Under the pieces are notes generated by a model. It was not told the DNA's origin. It saw only the letters and a list, made by a program, of their open reading frames with translations, and did not search any database. Below are positions 49,552 to 61,815 of a DNA stretch of 64,000 bases, piece by piece (positions within the stretch are counted from its first letter, which is position 1; each line of letters opens with the position of its first letter). A program made the translations under genes and the position numbers. Origin of the DNA: a virus (Duplodnaviria > Heunggongvirae > Uroviricota > Caudoviricetes); the IMG/VR virus record IMGVR_UViG_2861079508_000001; one strand, given 5' to 3'.

Positions 49552-52500
49552 TTACAGAAGGCCAATTCTTACTCGTAGGACGTTGTTATCGTCATAAACG
49601 TCAATCCGCTGACCATTTATGACCAGTCGCCCATTACCCCCGCTATTACCGTTGATCTCAAGCGTTCCATTTTTGCCGAACCGCCATCCAGATCTACCGC
49701 TAACAAAATTGGTAGATTGCAGATCGCCTACTTTTGCATTGGTGATTGTGCCATCCTTGATATACGCACCATTCATATAGGCGATACTGTTTTCGATAAC
49801 AAATGGCGTGGTGATCTTCCCGTTAACAGAGTTGACCAAACCAAACCTGTCAGCCTGCACCAAAAACTGAGAAAGGCCAGTGGTGTCGATACCAAGCGCA
49901 ATACCAGCAACATACTTCTGCCCTCCGCTCGTTGAAGTTTCCATTTTCAACGTCCACGCGGTTGACACTTTTTTGTTGGTATCAGCAATAGCTGTTGCCT
50001 GCTGTTGAATTGTCGCGGTATTTCCATCCACCTCTGCTTTCAGAGTATCGATTCGCCCACTCAGAGCATTATCTGCCTGCGTTCTCGCTGTCGTTTCAGT
50101 TGTTACCGCCGCGGAAATGTTGGCTGCCGTTTGAGACTCTAAGTTTGTGATTTGAGTCGCCAATGCAGCATCTTGCTCTGTACGCGTTTTCGTTTCGGTT
50201 GCTACAGCCGCTTTAATATCCTCTTTGTATTGAGAGGTCAGCTTGGTGATCTGAGACGACAACGCCGAGTCAGCATCAGTTCGAGCCTGCGTTTCAACTG
50301 CAACGGCCGCACTAATATCTTTCGCTGTCTGTGCTTTTAAACTTGAAACCTCTTTTGTTAAAGCGGTATCACCATCAGCACGAGCCGTTGTTTCTCTGGC
50401 AAGAGATGCCTCGAGATCATTAGCTTTTGCTGTAAGAGACGAAATCTGAGTGGACAATGCACTATCGGCATCAGTCCTTGCCTTTGTCTCTACAGCAACC
50501 GCTGCGGCAATATCAGTTCCGGTTTGTGCTCGCAGGCTGTTAATTTCTCGTGAGAGCGCCTGGTCAGCACTTGCTCTGGCCTCCTGCTCCTGAGTGATGG
50601 CAGCGGATATATCACCGTCAACCTTTGACTGAAGCTGGTTTATTTGTTTGGCTAACGCAGAGTCCCCGCTTGCTCGGGCCTCCTGCTCACTACGTATTGC
50701 AGCAGAAATATCATCATCAACCTTTGCCTGAAGTTGGGTGATCTGGCTTGCCAGAGCCGAATCTTCCGTTGCTCGGGCTTCTTGCTCTTCCTTAATAGCT
50801 GCGACGATATCGTTGCTTACTTTCGACTCAAGCTGAGTGATCTGTGTCGTCAGAGCTTCATCGGCAGATGTGCGAGCCTCCTGCTCTGTACTAATCGCCG
50901 CGCTGATATCTCCTTCAAACTTAGATTGCAGCTGAGTGACACGCTTTGCCAACGCTTCATCGCCATCGGCACGAGCGGTGGACTCTTCCAGAATACTGGC
51001 CTTAATGTCTTCGCCAATTTCTACGCGAATTTCCTCAACCTTCGTGGCCATTGCAGACATATCATCAGCAAAGGTTTTCTGTGTTGTTGCGATCTTCGCG
51101 TTATTGACCATCTGCTTGTGCTGGTCTTCATCTTGACGAAGAGCTAGGTCAATATTTGTTTTGGCTAACGCCTCAATGTTCGTAGTCAGTTCTGCACTGG
51201 CACGATCGACCTCTGCAACCGTCTTTTTCATTTCTTCAACGGCAGCGGAGCTTTCCTCTACCGTTGACTGCAACACTTCCAGTTGTTTAGCGTTTGCAGC
51301 ATCGCCTTCAACACGAGCCTCGCTTTCCTTAGCAATAAGAGCCGCCGCTTCATCTCTTGCAGCCTTTATTGCCTCGACTGTATTAGCGAGAGCTTTATCG
51401 TGTTCAGATACGGTGTTTTCGATTTCAACAATTGCAGCATCAGTAGCATCAATTTTTTCAAACGCTTCATTGACCTTGTCGATCGTTGCCGAAACCTCAC
51501 CTTTAAGCTCGGTTTGTGCGTTCTCCAAAGCATCGCTACGCTCGTTGAATTTTATTTCAAAACCCGCGAGGTTATCGCTGAACTGCTTATCTAATTCAGC
51601 TATATCTTCCTTAACGTCGTTTACCGACCCCTCCAAAGATTCGACGCTCTGGTTGATATGCTCATTTAACTCGTCAACTGCTTCTTGAGAGGCTTTGCTG
51701 TTGATGTCCTCAAGCAGAGCCTGACCAAGCTCGGAAGATGTAATTTTGCCAGCCAGGAACGACAGTACATCGCGAGTTGTCGCCTCTGTACCCAAGTTTG
51801 AGTTCGGAGGGCTTAACATACCTCGCTTGTTCGATGCTCGAACCCAGTAATACCACGTTTCGCTATCCCCAAGACCAGCATGTGTAAAGGTGGTGCTTGC
51901 AGACTCTGCGATCAGTTTCGCCGTATCCAGATTGTTGGTCTGGGATGCGTAAACATTAATGTGATCAAGGTCTACCGAATCTGGATTAACCCAATTCAGT
52001 ATCACATTACGATAGTCTCCAACGGCCGTTAATGACGTTGGTGCATCCGGCGGTGTCATTGTGCCCAGCACCTGATAAACGGTACTGATAATTTCTGTTT
52101 TTTTACCGTTGAATGAAACCGCATACAGTTGGAAGTCGTAGCGTCCATTCTCCGCGACATTAACGATTTCGTATTGTTCTTCGGTTACACGCGCCGATTG
52201 CCAGTTCGATACATTGTTTTCATCAGAACGTCGCCAACTGATCCAATACTCTGGAGATTTCCCTTCCCATGTTGCAGTCAGTTTTACTGACAGGTTGCCC
52301 GGGCTTGAGAGGTAAGTCCCTTCAGTGATTTGCAAATTAGACGGCTTGGAGTAAGTCGGGTCCAATACCGTCGTATTCTGCGGGATAAGCGTTGCACCAT
52401 TGTCGATCGCCTCATATTTAGACGGATTGTTTTCAACAGCGGTGATGTCAAAGCTACCCGACGTTTCCCCCTGAGCGATGTTAACGATGCGAACGCGCAT

Positions 52501-54270
52501 AGGTTCGAGATCTGGTTCTGTAATTGTCCAGACACCGTTCAAAACAGGCGTTTCCGCTGACGACAGAGCTTTTGAAAACGTAACCTTTGTTATGTTTTCG
52601 CCAGTTTCAAGAACATCGCGCTCAACGATTTTGCCTTCCTGATTCAATATCCGAATAAAGCTGCCGCTTTTAGCTAACGACACAGGCGCATCGAGAGTGA
52701 TGCTGTTTTTGGTAAACTCCACAATTCGACCGGAGTTACGTTTACCTGCACGATATTTGTTCTGAATCAGAACGGTTTCACCGGGCATCAGAAATGAGGC
52801 GTCTAAGCCGGCAGTAAATGTAATTACATCCGACTCCATTCTGGCGGTATACAAAAGCCACAAACCAACTCGGTGAGCCTGGCCTCGGCTTGTACATCCA
52901 AATGCTACGACTTCTGTTTTACGCTCACCATAACGGCGCATTGCGTCCTGATCTTCAACGTACTCGATGTTTTGCTTATAACCGTCCTCCTTGTTGTTGT
53001 AGGTTACGAGCGCAACGGATGGGCGATCTTTACGCGCAGAACCTTTATAGGTAAACAGTCCATCTTTGACGTTGGAGTTGGTAAACATCATTACTGGATC
53101 TGATGGGCTATCCTGCATGATGTTAACCATGCCACCAGCCCAAAACACCATGCCGCGGAATGCACCGGCAATATCCTGAATTAATCGGTATGCGTCTTGT
53201 CGACTGGTGATCTGCGTATTGATTGCAAAGCGTTTCTCTTTACCCCCAAAGCCATCATCGACCTCTTCGTCACAATATCGACCAATCTGGTAGAGCTGGC
53301 CGAGGTCAATCATGGATTCCGACACAAATTGCCCAAGACCATACCGAGTATTGGTAAGCAAATCGTAGAGAATCCACGCAGGGTTTGAAGAAGACAACAG
53401 CTTAAAAGTACCGTCCCATACGCCGACATAAGTATTGGTGTATTCGTTGTCTCGGATTTTGATACCGCGCACCAAATACGAACGGGAAGGCATTGTGCTA
53501 CCAAACTGCTCTGAATTGACCTTCAAGCCAACAAGAGCAGAGTTAGGGTAGTTCATTGGCGTGTCGACAATCTCACCTATGGAATCAACCCATGTGTCGT
53601 TGTAGAGGTACTGGCTACTGTTATCATCTGTAAGACGAATCACCCTAACCTTGTATGCACGACCAGGCTTAGGTAGTTTCAGCTCATAGCTACGGTAATA
53701 CACGCCGGTTTTCTTTGCCGTTAGCGTGATATCAACGCTTTTCTCACCTTCTGCCACTACATCAGAAAATGTTGCGTCTCCGTTGGCGATCTGGAATTTG
53801 TACTTCACCGTAGTGCCATTTGTATCGCCAGAGCTTTTATCAACGCTACGTAAAGAGGGGAATTTCATGATGACACGAACGCGATCAGCTTCATCGTTAT
53901 CGATTGAAACCGTAACGTCGTGTGTTTTTTTAAGCTGAATATTTACGGACTTAGGCGTTTCGACAAAATCAAAACCAGCCATTGGCGTCTGGTCTTGTGA
54001 GCCGTCACGAAAATCCCATGTAATACCGCTGAAGTTGGAAGAGCCATCTTCATTCAAGATCGGTAAATCGTCGATGAAGATCGACTTTGCGCCATTTACC
54101 AGGCCACCGATAACCCCCTCGCCAAGAAGGTCGAGGATGGCTGCCATAGCACGAGAATTGACAGTATCATCAGCTTCAACCGGGGTACGGCTGGAGCTTT
54201 TACTTTTCTTGCCACCAGCACCGGCAATAAGAAGCGGTAATTTTTTCTTCTTGAACTGTTCCATGTCCAA
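49552..54270 (-). CDS. lambda J-like tail tip / host-specificity protein with long coiled-coil repeat insertion
   Basis: 1572 aa; ILDLLGEGVIGGLVNGAKSIFIDD, YPNSALVGLKVNSEQFGS and VVAFGCTSRGQAHRVGLWLL match lambda J; ~330 aa of ~28-aa helical repeats. Confidence 0.85.
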   Translation of the reverse strand: MDMEQFKKKKLPLLIAGAGGKKSKSSSRTPVEADDTVNSRAMAAILDLLGEGVIGGLVNGAKSIFIDDLPILNEDGSSNFSGITWDFRDGSQDQTPMAGFDFVETPKSVNIQLKKTHDVTVSIDNDEADRVRVIMKFPSLRSVDKSSGDTNGTTVKYKFQIANGDATFSDVVAEGEKSVDITLTAKKTGVYYRSYELKLPKPGRAYKVRVIRLTDDNSSQYLYNDTWVDSIGEIVDTPMNYPNSALVGLKVNSEQFGSTMPSRSYLVRGIKIRDNEYTNTYVGVWDGTFKLLSSSNPAWILYDLLTNTRYGLGQFVSESMIDLGQLYQIGRYCDEEVDDGFGGKEKRFAINTQITSRQDAYRLIQDIAGAFRGMVFWAGGMVNIMQDSPSDPVMMFTNSNVKDGLFTYKGSARKDRPSVALVTYNNKEDGYKQNIEYVEDQDAMRRYGERKTEVVAFGCTSRGQAHRVGLWLLYTARMESDVITFTAGLDASFLMPGETVLIQNKYRAGKRNSGRIVEFTKNSITLDAPVSLAKSGSFIRILNQEGKIVERDVLETGENITKVTFSKALSSAETPVLNGVWTITEPDLEPMRVRIVNIAQGETSGSFDITAVENNPSKYEAIDNGATLIPQNTTVLDPTYSKPSNLQITEGTYLSSPGNLSVKLTATWEGKSPEYWISWRRSDENNVSNWQSARVTEEQYEIVNVAENGRYDFQLYAVSFNGKKTEIISTVYQVLGTMTPPDAPTSLTAVGDYRNVILNWVNPDSVDLDHINVYASQTNNLDTAKLIAESASTTFTHAGLGDSETWYYWVRASNKRGMLSPPNSNLGTEATTRDVLSFLAGKITSSELGQALLEDINSKASQEAVDELNEHINQSVESLEGSVNDVKEDIAELDKQFSDNLAGFEIKFNERSDALENAQTELKGEVSATIDKVNEAFEKIDATDAAIVEIENTVSEHDKALANTVEAIKAARDEAAALIAKESEARVEGDAANAKQLEVLQSTVEESSAAVEEMKKTVAEVDRASAELTTNIEALAKTNIDLALRQDEDQHKQMVNNAKIATTQKTFADDMSAMATKVEEIRVEIGEDIKASILEESTARADGDEALAKRVTQLQSKFEGDISAAISTEQEARTSADEALTTQITQLESKVSNDIVAAIKEEQEARATEDSALASQITQLQAKVDDDISAAIRSEQEARASGDSALAKQINQLQSKVDGDISAAITQEQEARASADQALSREINSLRAQTGTDIAAAVAVETKARTDADSALSTQISSLTAKANDLEASLARETTARADGDTALTKEVSSLKAQTAKDISAAVAVETQARTDADSALSSQITKLTSQYKEDIKAAVATETKTRTEQDAALATQITNLESQTAANISAAVTTETTARTQADNALSGRIDTLKAEVDGNTATIQQQATAIADTNKKVSTAWTLKMETSTSGGQKYVAGIALGIDTTGLSQFLVQADRFGLVNSVNGKITTPFVIENSIAYMNGAYIKDGTITNAKVGDLQSTNFVSGRSGWRFGKNGTLEINGNSGGNGRLVINGQRIDVYDDNNVLRVRIGLL

Positions 54271-54281
54271 AAAATCCTTGA

Positions 54282-54872
54282 TTACATAAGCTGGTCGATG
54301 GTGATAGAAGAACTCACGACCTGTGAGCCAACTAAAATTTCCTCGCCATAGATAAGCTGTACAGGGTTCCCCTGGTTTGTTGTGTTTTGAGGTCCATCAA
54401 AGTAATAAGAGTTCGAGTTATCCGCCTGCCTCACACTTTCGTTAGTGGCTTGCGGAGATATGATTTGCGCTATACCGCCCATCATCAGTGACAAACCGAG
54501 AGGCGCAAGAGCGGGCACCCATATCGAGGCAACCATTAATACTGCTCCAACAACCGTCTGAAACCATCCAAAAGCAGATCCACCACTTCCTCGCGGAACA
54601 GGGGTAATGCGGATTTTTGCAATATTGTCAGACTGCCCCATCATCTGATATTCACTCTCGTCCACAGACCACTTGTGGCCCTGTTTATTGGTGATCTGGA
54701 TGTGGTATCTGTCATAGGTTTTGATATTGCGCTTCATCCATGCTTTAAACCCAGGCTTGTTGGCCTCAATTAAATCCAGAGCCTGTTTTGTATTACGCAC
54801 CTTTAGATGCCAGTGGCGGCCAAAATGTTTGGCCATAGGGCCGCCAAGCTGCACATGAACTAACTCAGACAC
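54282..54872 (-). CDS. lambda I-like tail assembly protein
   Basis: 196 aa; position between K-like and J-like genes; C-terminal hydrophobic segment. Confidence 0.75.
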   Translation of the reverse strand: MSELVHVQLGGPMAKHFGRHWHLKVRNTKQALDLIEANKPGFKAWMKRNIKTYDRYHIQITNKQGHKWSVDESEYQMMGQSDNIAKIRITPVPRGSGGSAFGWFQTVVGAVLMVASIWVPALAPLGLSLMMGGIAQIISPQATNESVRQADNSNSYYFDGPQNTTNQGNPVQLIYGEEILVGSQVVSSSITIDQLM

Positions 54873-55684
54873 GTCTCATCTCCCTTGAGCAAGTCTCTGT
54901 GACGCAAGTGATGCGTCGTATGTTTCTGATACATTCCGCCGTAATAAGCACGACAACTTAGGCGGTCGATCTGGTGATGAAGAATCATTCCATCGCCGAT
55001 ATAAACCGCGCAGTGGTCAGGCATTTTCCCGTATTGGATAAAGAATACGTCCCCACGTTGAGGCTCTGTTCCGGGCGCAAGACGCACCAATCCCTCGTTA
55101 CGGTAGTTCTGATCGAGAATGTCGTTATCGCCGGTGTACCACGATGGAATATGCAGGTGTGCGTTCGGGTTTAGTTCGACGTTAAACTCACGCTTCAAAT
55201 AGTCCCGACACAACATCCAGCAATCAAATACGCCAAATACATACGGTCTGCCCAGGTATGGCATTTCGAAACCATCAGGTGTGATCACATTCATCTCGCT
55301 AAAATGGAAAGGGGCATCTCCCTCAACATTCTTGCGAATAGCCAGAATCATCCACGGAACTTCCGTCGCTTCGCAGCCTGCACGATCGGCATCAGATGCT
55401 TCTGCTGATTCATCAGTATGTGAATGCCAGATTGCGATAACATCACCCGCATCCTCTGCCGCCATAATGTCGTCAACGTGCATTACAAAAGTGTTCTGCG
55501 GGTTCTCCGAAACATTCCGCGCTTCCATAAAGCGATATTTGTCGCCATTAGTTCTAACCAGAAAGCCACACGCTTCATTAGGGTAGCGATTTATGGCGCA
55601 GAGATAGATTTGCTGCATAACGTCAGAGCCAAGCTCAGGGATTGCTTTATTACCCATACCGCGTAGCTCCAATAAATCCGCCAA
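54860..55684 (-). CDS. lambda K-like tail assembly protein (JAMM/MPN plus NlpC/P60)
   Basis: JAMM-like WHSHTDESAEASDAD and Cys/His C-terminal domain. Confidence 0.8.
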   Translation of the reverse strand: MADLLELRGMGNKAIPELGSDVMQQIYLCAINRYPNEACGFLVRTNGDKYRFMEARNVSENPQNTFVMHVDDIMAAEDAGDVIAIWHSHTDESAEASDADRAGCEATEVPWMILAIRKNVEGDAPFHFSEMNVITPDGFEMPYLGRPYVFGVFDCWMLCRDYLKREFNVELNPNAHLHIPSWYTGDNDILDQNYRNEGLVRLAPGTEPQRGDVFFIQYGKMPDHCAVYIGDGMILHHQIDRLSCRAYYGGMYQKHTTHHLRHRDLLKGDETCLS

Positions 55685-56381
55685 AATGGATCACACCGTC
55701 GGCAAAATAATTCCGACGCGCATTACAGGCGTCATAACGTTTTGTGCAGTAATCCGCACCAGACATAGACGTCTGCTGGTTATTTTTGTCGAAATATGGA
55801 CCGGTATAGCCGCATTCTGGCCCTCGGTATTTCCACGGGCAGGTGTTTTTAATGATCTGACGATACGGCAGTTGCACCCCCATCAAATCGAACACACTGG
55901 ACAATTCAAACTCGACAACCTGATGAGTTTCGAGAGTTTTCTGTTCGATAAACCACATTTCATCCGGGAAATGTTGGTTTGGATCTGCTGTTGGGTTGCC
56001 GTCTTTAAAATTAACGGCATCGAGGAAGCGAGCCAGCGTCATCTTGCGAATAATGCGGCAGCCAACAAGATCGTCGTTCGCCTGAACTTCCGCAGAGACG
56101 GTTCCGGCAAAGTTCGATACCTGAATTTTTGGACGTGGCAACGTTCCCTGGCCCGTTTTGTCAAAGCCTGATGCTTTTATTGGCCACGGCTCGTATGTCA
56201 CTCCTTGCCAGACGACCGGTTGCATCAGTTCGTTTGTTCCGGCGTGGAAGAATAGCTTCCCCCCTGAAGTTGTGTTCGACATATCCAGTACGAACAACTC
56301 AATGAGTGCAGAGGGAGATAAGCTCTGAATATCAGCTTTAATTCCCATTGTTTCATCCTTGAAATAAGTAGGCGCTAACAT
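55650..56381 (-). CDS. lambda L-like minor tail protein (real start probably ATG at 56348)
   Basis: KNTCPWKYRGPECGY matches the lambda L motif; AAGGA ribosome-binding site before 56348. Confidence 0.8.
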   Translation of the reverse strand: MLAPTYFKDETMGIKADIQSLSPSALIELFVLDMSNTTSGGKLFFHAGTNELMQPVVWQGVTYEPWPIKASGFDKTGQGTLPRPKIQVSNFAGTVSAEVQANDDLVGCRIIRKMTLARFLDAVNFKDGNPTADPNQHFPDEMWFIEQKTLETHQVVEFELSSVFDLMGVQLPYRQIIKNTCPWKYRGPECGYTGPYFDKNNQQTSMSGADYCTKRYDACNARRNYFADGVIHFGGFIGATRYG

Positions 56382-56403
56382 CCTGTCAGCGCCACAATGA
56401 TAG

Positions 56404-56424
56404 TAAATCAGTACTTACTTATCC
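56404..56424. promoter_or_regulatory. motif B upstream of L-like gene, followed by hairpin 56371-56393
   Basis: TAAATCAGTACTTACTTATCC then GGCGCT...AGCGCC. Confidence 0.4.
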
Positions 56425-56430
56425 AGATGC

Positions 56431-56766
56431 TTAAGCCTCAAATACTTGTCTGAATGTAGCAGTTAAGACACAGTACCCCTGATATCGCTTGACCGTATGA
56501 CTGTCACATACAACTACAATCTGCTTGCCTCTTGGATTAACCCAATAGAACGATTCAACGCCTGATCGCTCAGTCAGGAAGTCATCGATTGCATTAATTT
56601 CGTTGTATGATCTGGTAAAGGTTAACGACCATTCTTCTTTAATACGATTAAGACCTTGAGCCTGTCGCTGCTCGTAGTCATCACCAAAATTAAGTACCGT
56701 TACATTCGGTTTTACGCTTTTTTCAGATTCGTAATCTGGATACCAATTAAACGTTTGTCTTTCCAT
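56431..56766 (-). CDS. lambda M-like minor tail protein
   Basis: 111 aa; LNFGDDYEQRQAQGLN resembles lambda M; position. Confidence 0.75.
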   Translation of the reverse strand: MERQTFNWYPDYESEKSVKPNVTVLNFGDDYEQRQAQGLNRIKEEWSLTFTRSYNEINAIDDFLTERSGVESFYWVNPRGKQIVVVCDSHTVKRYQGYCVLTATFRQVFEA

Positions 56767-56808
56767 CTCACATCCTTGTGAGACTGCCCCGGTCGGGGCA
56801 GTCGATAG

Positions 56809-59800
56809 TTAGTTACGTTGAGTGTTTGGGTTGAGAGATCCGCCAGGGCGTTTCTCTTGAGCGATAGTCTCAAGCGCGATTGCTTTCATCCGTTGAGCGG
56901 CATTGTTCCATATGCTTTCTGTATCGCCGGATTCAGTTGTGCTACCGTCACTATGGACGTTGATCTCAATTGATACCGGAGAAAGAACATTTCCTCCTCC
57001 ACTCATACCATCGGTACTGAGCGTTACAGGGATTGTTCGACCATCAGGCAATGGAACATACGCCTCATTCATATCGCCTTCCCCAAACAACGCCAATTGA
57101 GGTGAGTTGGCGATACCGCCTTTCTGGTATGCCCGGAGCGGGATCACGCCGTCTTTTCCGAATATGCCACCATTTGCAAACTTCGGAATTGCAGGAATAC
57201 CATTCGTGCCATCGGCAGCAGAACTGGTCAGATTGTTGAACCCGGAAGTTGAGCCAGAAGAACCGGACATCAATCCATCGAATCCACCACCAGCCCATAC
57301 TGAAACCAAACCAGATGCAACTGTCGCGCCGAAATTCAACCACTTATTACCAGAGCCGGAAGCATTAGCTCCAAGCATTGCAAACGCGGCAGACAGAGCG
57401 CCGGTAACAGAGCTGAGGTTCTGCATCGAGAAGATGGAGTCCTTCACTGCTTTTGTCTCAGCATCTTTGGCTTCGGTGCTATCAAATAGCCCCGATACCC
57501 AGCTACCAATCGCATTTGTTGCTGTGCCAATTGCGCTGGTGGTCTGCTGTGTTGTTTGCCCCAATCCAGTTACCGAACTGGACGTCTCCTTCGTGGCTTC
57601 TCCTACCGACTTGTCGCCATTAACAGTGTTGCCCATTCGTACACCTTGATTGGCAACGGCAGAAGCAACTCCAGTGAGCAAATTGCCACTCTGTGAACTA
57701 CCAGCTGCGGTGGTTCCCATCCCCAACATGTTCATTAGAGGCAGCGTGATTTGCGACTTCACGACCATATTGGTGATATCTTTCAAAATGGACTGAGATA
57801 GGCTGGAGAAGCTCATCTTCCCGTTAATAACGAAATCAGTCAGGACATCAGTTAAGCCACTAAACAAATCAGTCCAGGTGCTTTCGATCTGCTCTGCCAA
57901 GTTTTCGTATTCCAGTGCCAACTTCTGCGTCGCAGTCCCCGTCTCTTTAATAAGCGCGGTATTGCCAGCAGCAATCAGTTGATTGATTTTCTTTGTATAA
58001 AGCGCCACAACTTTAGGATCAGACGCCTTATCACGAAGTTCTATCAACGCTTTGAGATTGCGGTTGTAGGTGTCTTCGAAATCGGCAACTTTCTCTTCGC
58101 GAGACGGCGTATAGCCAGCACTAATAATGGAATCCGCCTCCGGTGCCCAAGTGGAGATCATCTGCTCAACATTGCGGCGATTAAACATCTCACGATATTC
58201 AGGTGTCGCATTTTTGAGGTCTTCAAGACGTTTTTTCGCCTTGTCGATCATCTCTTGAGTGATGAACTCGTTAGGAACCGCATTAGCCAAATCTGTCAGC
58301 GATTTCGTTGTATCGCGAAGAGACTGATCAAACGATACCGTAGCCTTAGAGCTTTCACCCATTTGCCCCATAAGCTGATCGGCTTTGTCCAGAGCCTTCT
58401 GGTATCCGGCTGCCAGTTTCTGTTGCGCTGCCTGTTCCTTCTTGGCCGCACGCTGCGAGGCGTTAGCTGATCGTTGGGCTGCTTTCTCGGCAGCTGCTGC
58501 ATCCTGTTCACGAGCTTTAGTTAGTGCAGCAATGGCTGCGGCACGCTCTTCATCGCTCATTTTCTCCAGAGAGCTGGCGCTGGATGCTTTCTGCAAATTA
58601 AGCTGCGTCTTGAGTTGTTTAGGCCCAATAATCGGCTTACCTTCGAAGTCCATCATCGGAGTGCCGTCAGGCAAAGTACGCTGATAAGTCGCAGAATTCA
58701 TCTGGTTTCGCATATATTGCGCCAACGCCTTCTGAGCAGCTTTATCAGTTGTACCTAACCCAAGAACAGTCCCCTGGTTTGACATTACGCCCTTACCAGT
58801 TTTGGCCGCGTTATCTCTCTCGAACTCTGCCTGAGTAAGTTCCTGAGCAACGGCTTCCAAATGCTCCTGATAACCACGAATACTGCCTTGCAGTTTCTGG
58901 ATTTGCTCGGTATTGCCATCCTTTTTGGCTTTTTCAAGCTGATCATTAAGAGTCGCGATTTGCTTCTCGGTCGCATTCTTACGAGAAGAAAGTGAATCAA
59001 CCAGTTTTTGCGCAGGCTCCAGATAGCTTTTGTTTACCGTTTCACGTAACGGTGCCAATAGCTTGTTCTTTTCGTCATCTGAAAGTGAACCGTCATCATT
59101 GATTTTCTGGATCTTATCCAGAGCCTCCTGCCGGGCTTTCACGAATGTTGCCGCGAAAATCTGGTTTTCCGCTCGAATTTTCTCAATCTGAGATTCGGCA
59201 GCCTCTTTAGCCAAACGCTTTGCTACAGCGCCGTCACCAAGAGCTATCGTGCCGGTTATCTTTTGATACTCTTCCTGATTTTTTTTCAGGCGTGCTTCGA
59301 TGTCAGCCTTCGACTCTTTGTGAGTAATAACACCGGCAGAGTTAGATACGTAATTAACACCCTCACCAGTTTTTAATGCTCGTTGATCAGCAAGAATCTG
59401 CTTTTCGAGCTTTTCTGCGCGGTCGGCCATTTGTGCACGTTTGGCCGCCGTCATCGCCTCTGGTATTTTCCTAATCTCGTCAACGACCTTTGAAGTTTCG
59501 CTGCGGAGCATGGTCATGTACGTGATTAGGCCAGCAACAGCTACAGTGGCAACTGTAAATGCTGCCCCTATAGGGTTTGCTGCAATGAACGCCGTTAATC
59601 CAGCAAAAGCGCCTTTAAGCCCCGTAATCGCCCCACGGATGGCGAAAATAAGAGAGGGGATCGGAGCCAGCCCCATACGTGCCGCACGATTGAATCGGGT
59701 TACTGCTGTAGCGCCGAGGTTAAATGGAGTCTGTATGGCGGTCGCCATCGTGGCAAAGGTGCTAACCATCTGGCTGCCTGCGCCAACTACCCCCATGATC

Positions 59801-60547
59801 CCTGCTCGCATCAGTTTGAACGCAACCATCGCGGCCACGACCTTACCGAGATTAATTACCAGCTCTTGGTTCTTTGCTAACCATTGAGCAAGCTGACGCA
59901 ACCCATCAATTGCCGTCGTTAACCCCGAGCCTAAAGAATTGGCAAACGAAATCCCTTCGGCGCTATTCATGATTGAAGCCAGTTCTTTCATCCCCTTCGA
60001 TAGAGAATCCAGATATCCGGCCTGACCAACCCGATCAGCAAATAACGTGAATGACGTCTGAAGTTGCGCCAGCGCACCTGTGTAGGTTTGCATCATGTCT
60101 TTCGCTGCGTTCTCATTCTCCGCACGCAGACCAACAAACATCAGAGACAACGCCTGTTTTGCCTCAACCGTACCGCTGGCAACGGCTTTAGTCAGTTCCC
60201 CCATAGTGATGCCTGCGGCGTCTGCCATTGCCTGCATCGCGTTAGGAACGGCTTCACCTAATTGCTGACGTAGCTCTTCCATTGACACAACGCCCTTACC
60301 GGACATCTGCTGAACGGCCACAGCCGCACGTTTCAACAGCTCACTATCACCACCAAAACGAGCAACGGAGTCCACCAGCGCCTTCAGAGAACCATCGGTT
60401 GGATCTAAGCCAGCAGAACGAAACTTCACGAAGGAATCTGTTAACGCCTGCATCGCGAACGGCGCATTTTGCGCCATGTCTACGATGTACTTCATATCAT
60501 CAGCGGCAGCCTGGCCAGGGTTGGACTTCTCCTTATTCAACCCTCGA
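56809..60547 (-). pseudogene. tail tape-measure protein, C-terminal ~1245 codons, separated from its 5' part by IS629
   Basis: long helical Ala/Gln-rich ORF upstream of M; reading frame stays open up to the IS boundary at 60547. Confidence 0.8.
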
Positions 60548-60601
60548 TGAACCGCCCCGGGAATCCTGGAGACTAAACTCCCTGAGAAAGAGGTAAACAG
60601 G

Positions 60602-60928
60602 ATGACTAAAAATACTCGTTTTTCCCCCGAAGTCCGTCAGAGGGCGATTCGTATGGTTCTGGAAAGTCAGGGCGAATATGACTCACAGTGGGCGGCAATT
60701 TGTTCCATTGCCCCAAAGATTGGCTGTACACCGGAGACTCTGCGTGTCTGGGTACGCCAGCATGAGCGGGATACCGGAGGCGGTGATGGCGGGCTCACCA
60801 CCGCTGAACGTCAGCGTCTGAAAGAGCTGGAACGTGAAAATCGTGAACTGCGCCGCAGTAACGATATCCTTCGCCAGGCTTCCGCTTATTTTGCGAAGGC
60901 GGAGTTCGACCGCCTCTGGAAAAAATGA
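60602..60928 (+). CDS. IS629 OrfA
   Basis: 108 aa [23 protein letters not shown]...; A6 run at 60920-60925 at orfA/orfB overlap. Confidence 0.9.
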   Translation: MTKNTRFSPEVRQRAIRMVLESQGEYDSQWAAICSIAPKIGCTPETLRVWVRQHERDTGGGDGGLTTAERQRLKELERENRELRRSNDILRQASAYFAKAEFDRLWKK

Positions 60929-61815
60929 TGCCACTGCTGGATAAGCTGCGTGAGCAGTACGGGGTCGGACCGCTATGCAGCGAACTGCATATTGCCCCGT
61001 CAACGTATTACCACTGTCAGCAACAGCGACATCATCCGGATAAACGCAGTGCCCGTGCGCAGCGCGATGACTGGCTGAAGAAAGAGATACAGCGCGTATA
61101 CGATGAAAATCATCAGGTGTACGGTGTGCGTAAAGTCTGGCGTCAGTTGTTACGGGAAGGTATCAGAGTGGCCAGATGCACTGTGGCACGTCTCATGGCG
61201 GTTATGGGACTTGCCGGTGTTCTCCGGGGTAAAAAGGTCCGTACGACCATCAGCCGGAAAGCCGTTGCCGCAGGCGACCGCGTAAACCGTCAGTTCGTGG
61301 CAGAACGACCTGACCAGCTGTGGGTGGCTGATTTTACTTACGTCAGCACATGGCGGGGCTTCGTCTATGTGGCGTTCATCATTGATGTGTTTGCCGGATA
61401 CATCGTGGGGTGGCGGGTCTCATCGTCTATGGAAACGACATTCGTGCTGGATGCTCTGGAGCAGGCGTTATGGGCCCGTCAACCGTCCGGCACAGTCCAT
61501 CACAGTGATAAAGGTTCTCAGTATGTATCGCTGGCCTACACACAGCGGCTTAAGGAAGCCGGATTACTGGCATCAACAGGAAGTACTGGTGACTCGTATG
61601 ACAACGCGATGGCGGAGAGCATCAATGGCCTTTACAAAGCGGAGGTAATACACCGTAAGAGCTGGAAAAACCGGACAGAAGTGGAGCTGGCCACACTCAC
61701 GTGGGTGGACTGGTATAACAATCGACGATTGCTGGAAAGGCTGGGCCATATCCCACCGGCAGAAGCAGAAAAAGCTTATTATGCTTCCATCGGAAACGAT
61801 GATCTGGCAGCCTGA
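60925..61815 (+). CDS. IS629 OrfB (DDE transposase), -1 frame relative to OrfA
   Basis: 296 aa with rve core (WVADFTYV...HHSDKGSQY...YDNAMAES). Confidence 0.9.
   Translation: MMPLLDKLREQYGVGPLCSELHIAPSTYYHCQQQRHHPDKRSARAQRDDWLKKEIQRVYDENHQVYGVRKVWRQLLREGIRVARCTVARLMAVMGLAGVLRGKKVRTTISRKAVAAGDRVNRQFVAERPDQLWVADFTYVSTWRGFVYVAFIIDVFAGYIVGWRVSSSMETTFVLDALEQALWARQPSGTVHHSDKGSQYVSLAYTQRLKEAGLLASTGSTGDSYDNAMAESINGLYKAEVIHRKSWKNRTEVELATLTWVDWYNNRRLLERLGHIPPAEAEKAYYASIGNDDLAA

Noticed and set aside
50734-51688. Plus-strand ORFs (103-175 aa) inside the J-like gene
   Set aside because: Antisense to the coiled-coil repeat region; Ser/Ala/Leu-rich shadow ORFs with no start context.
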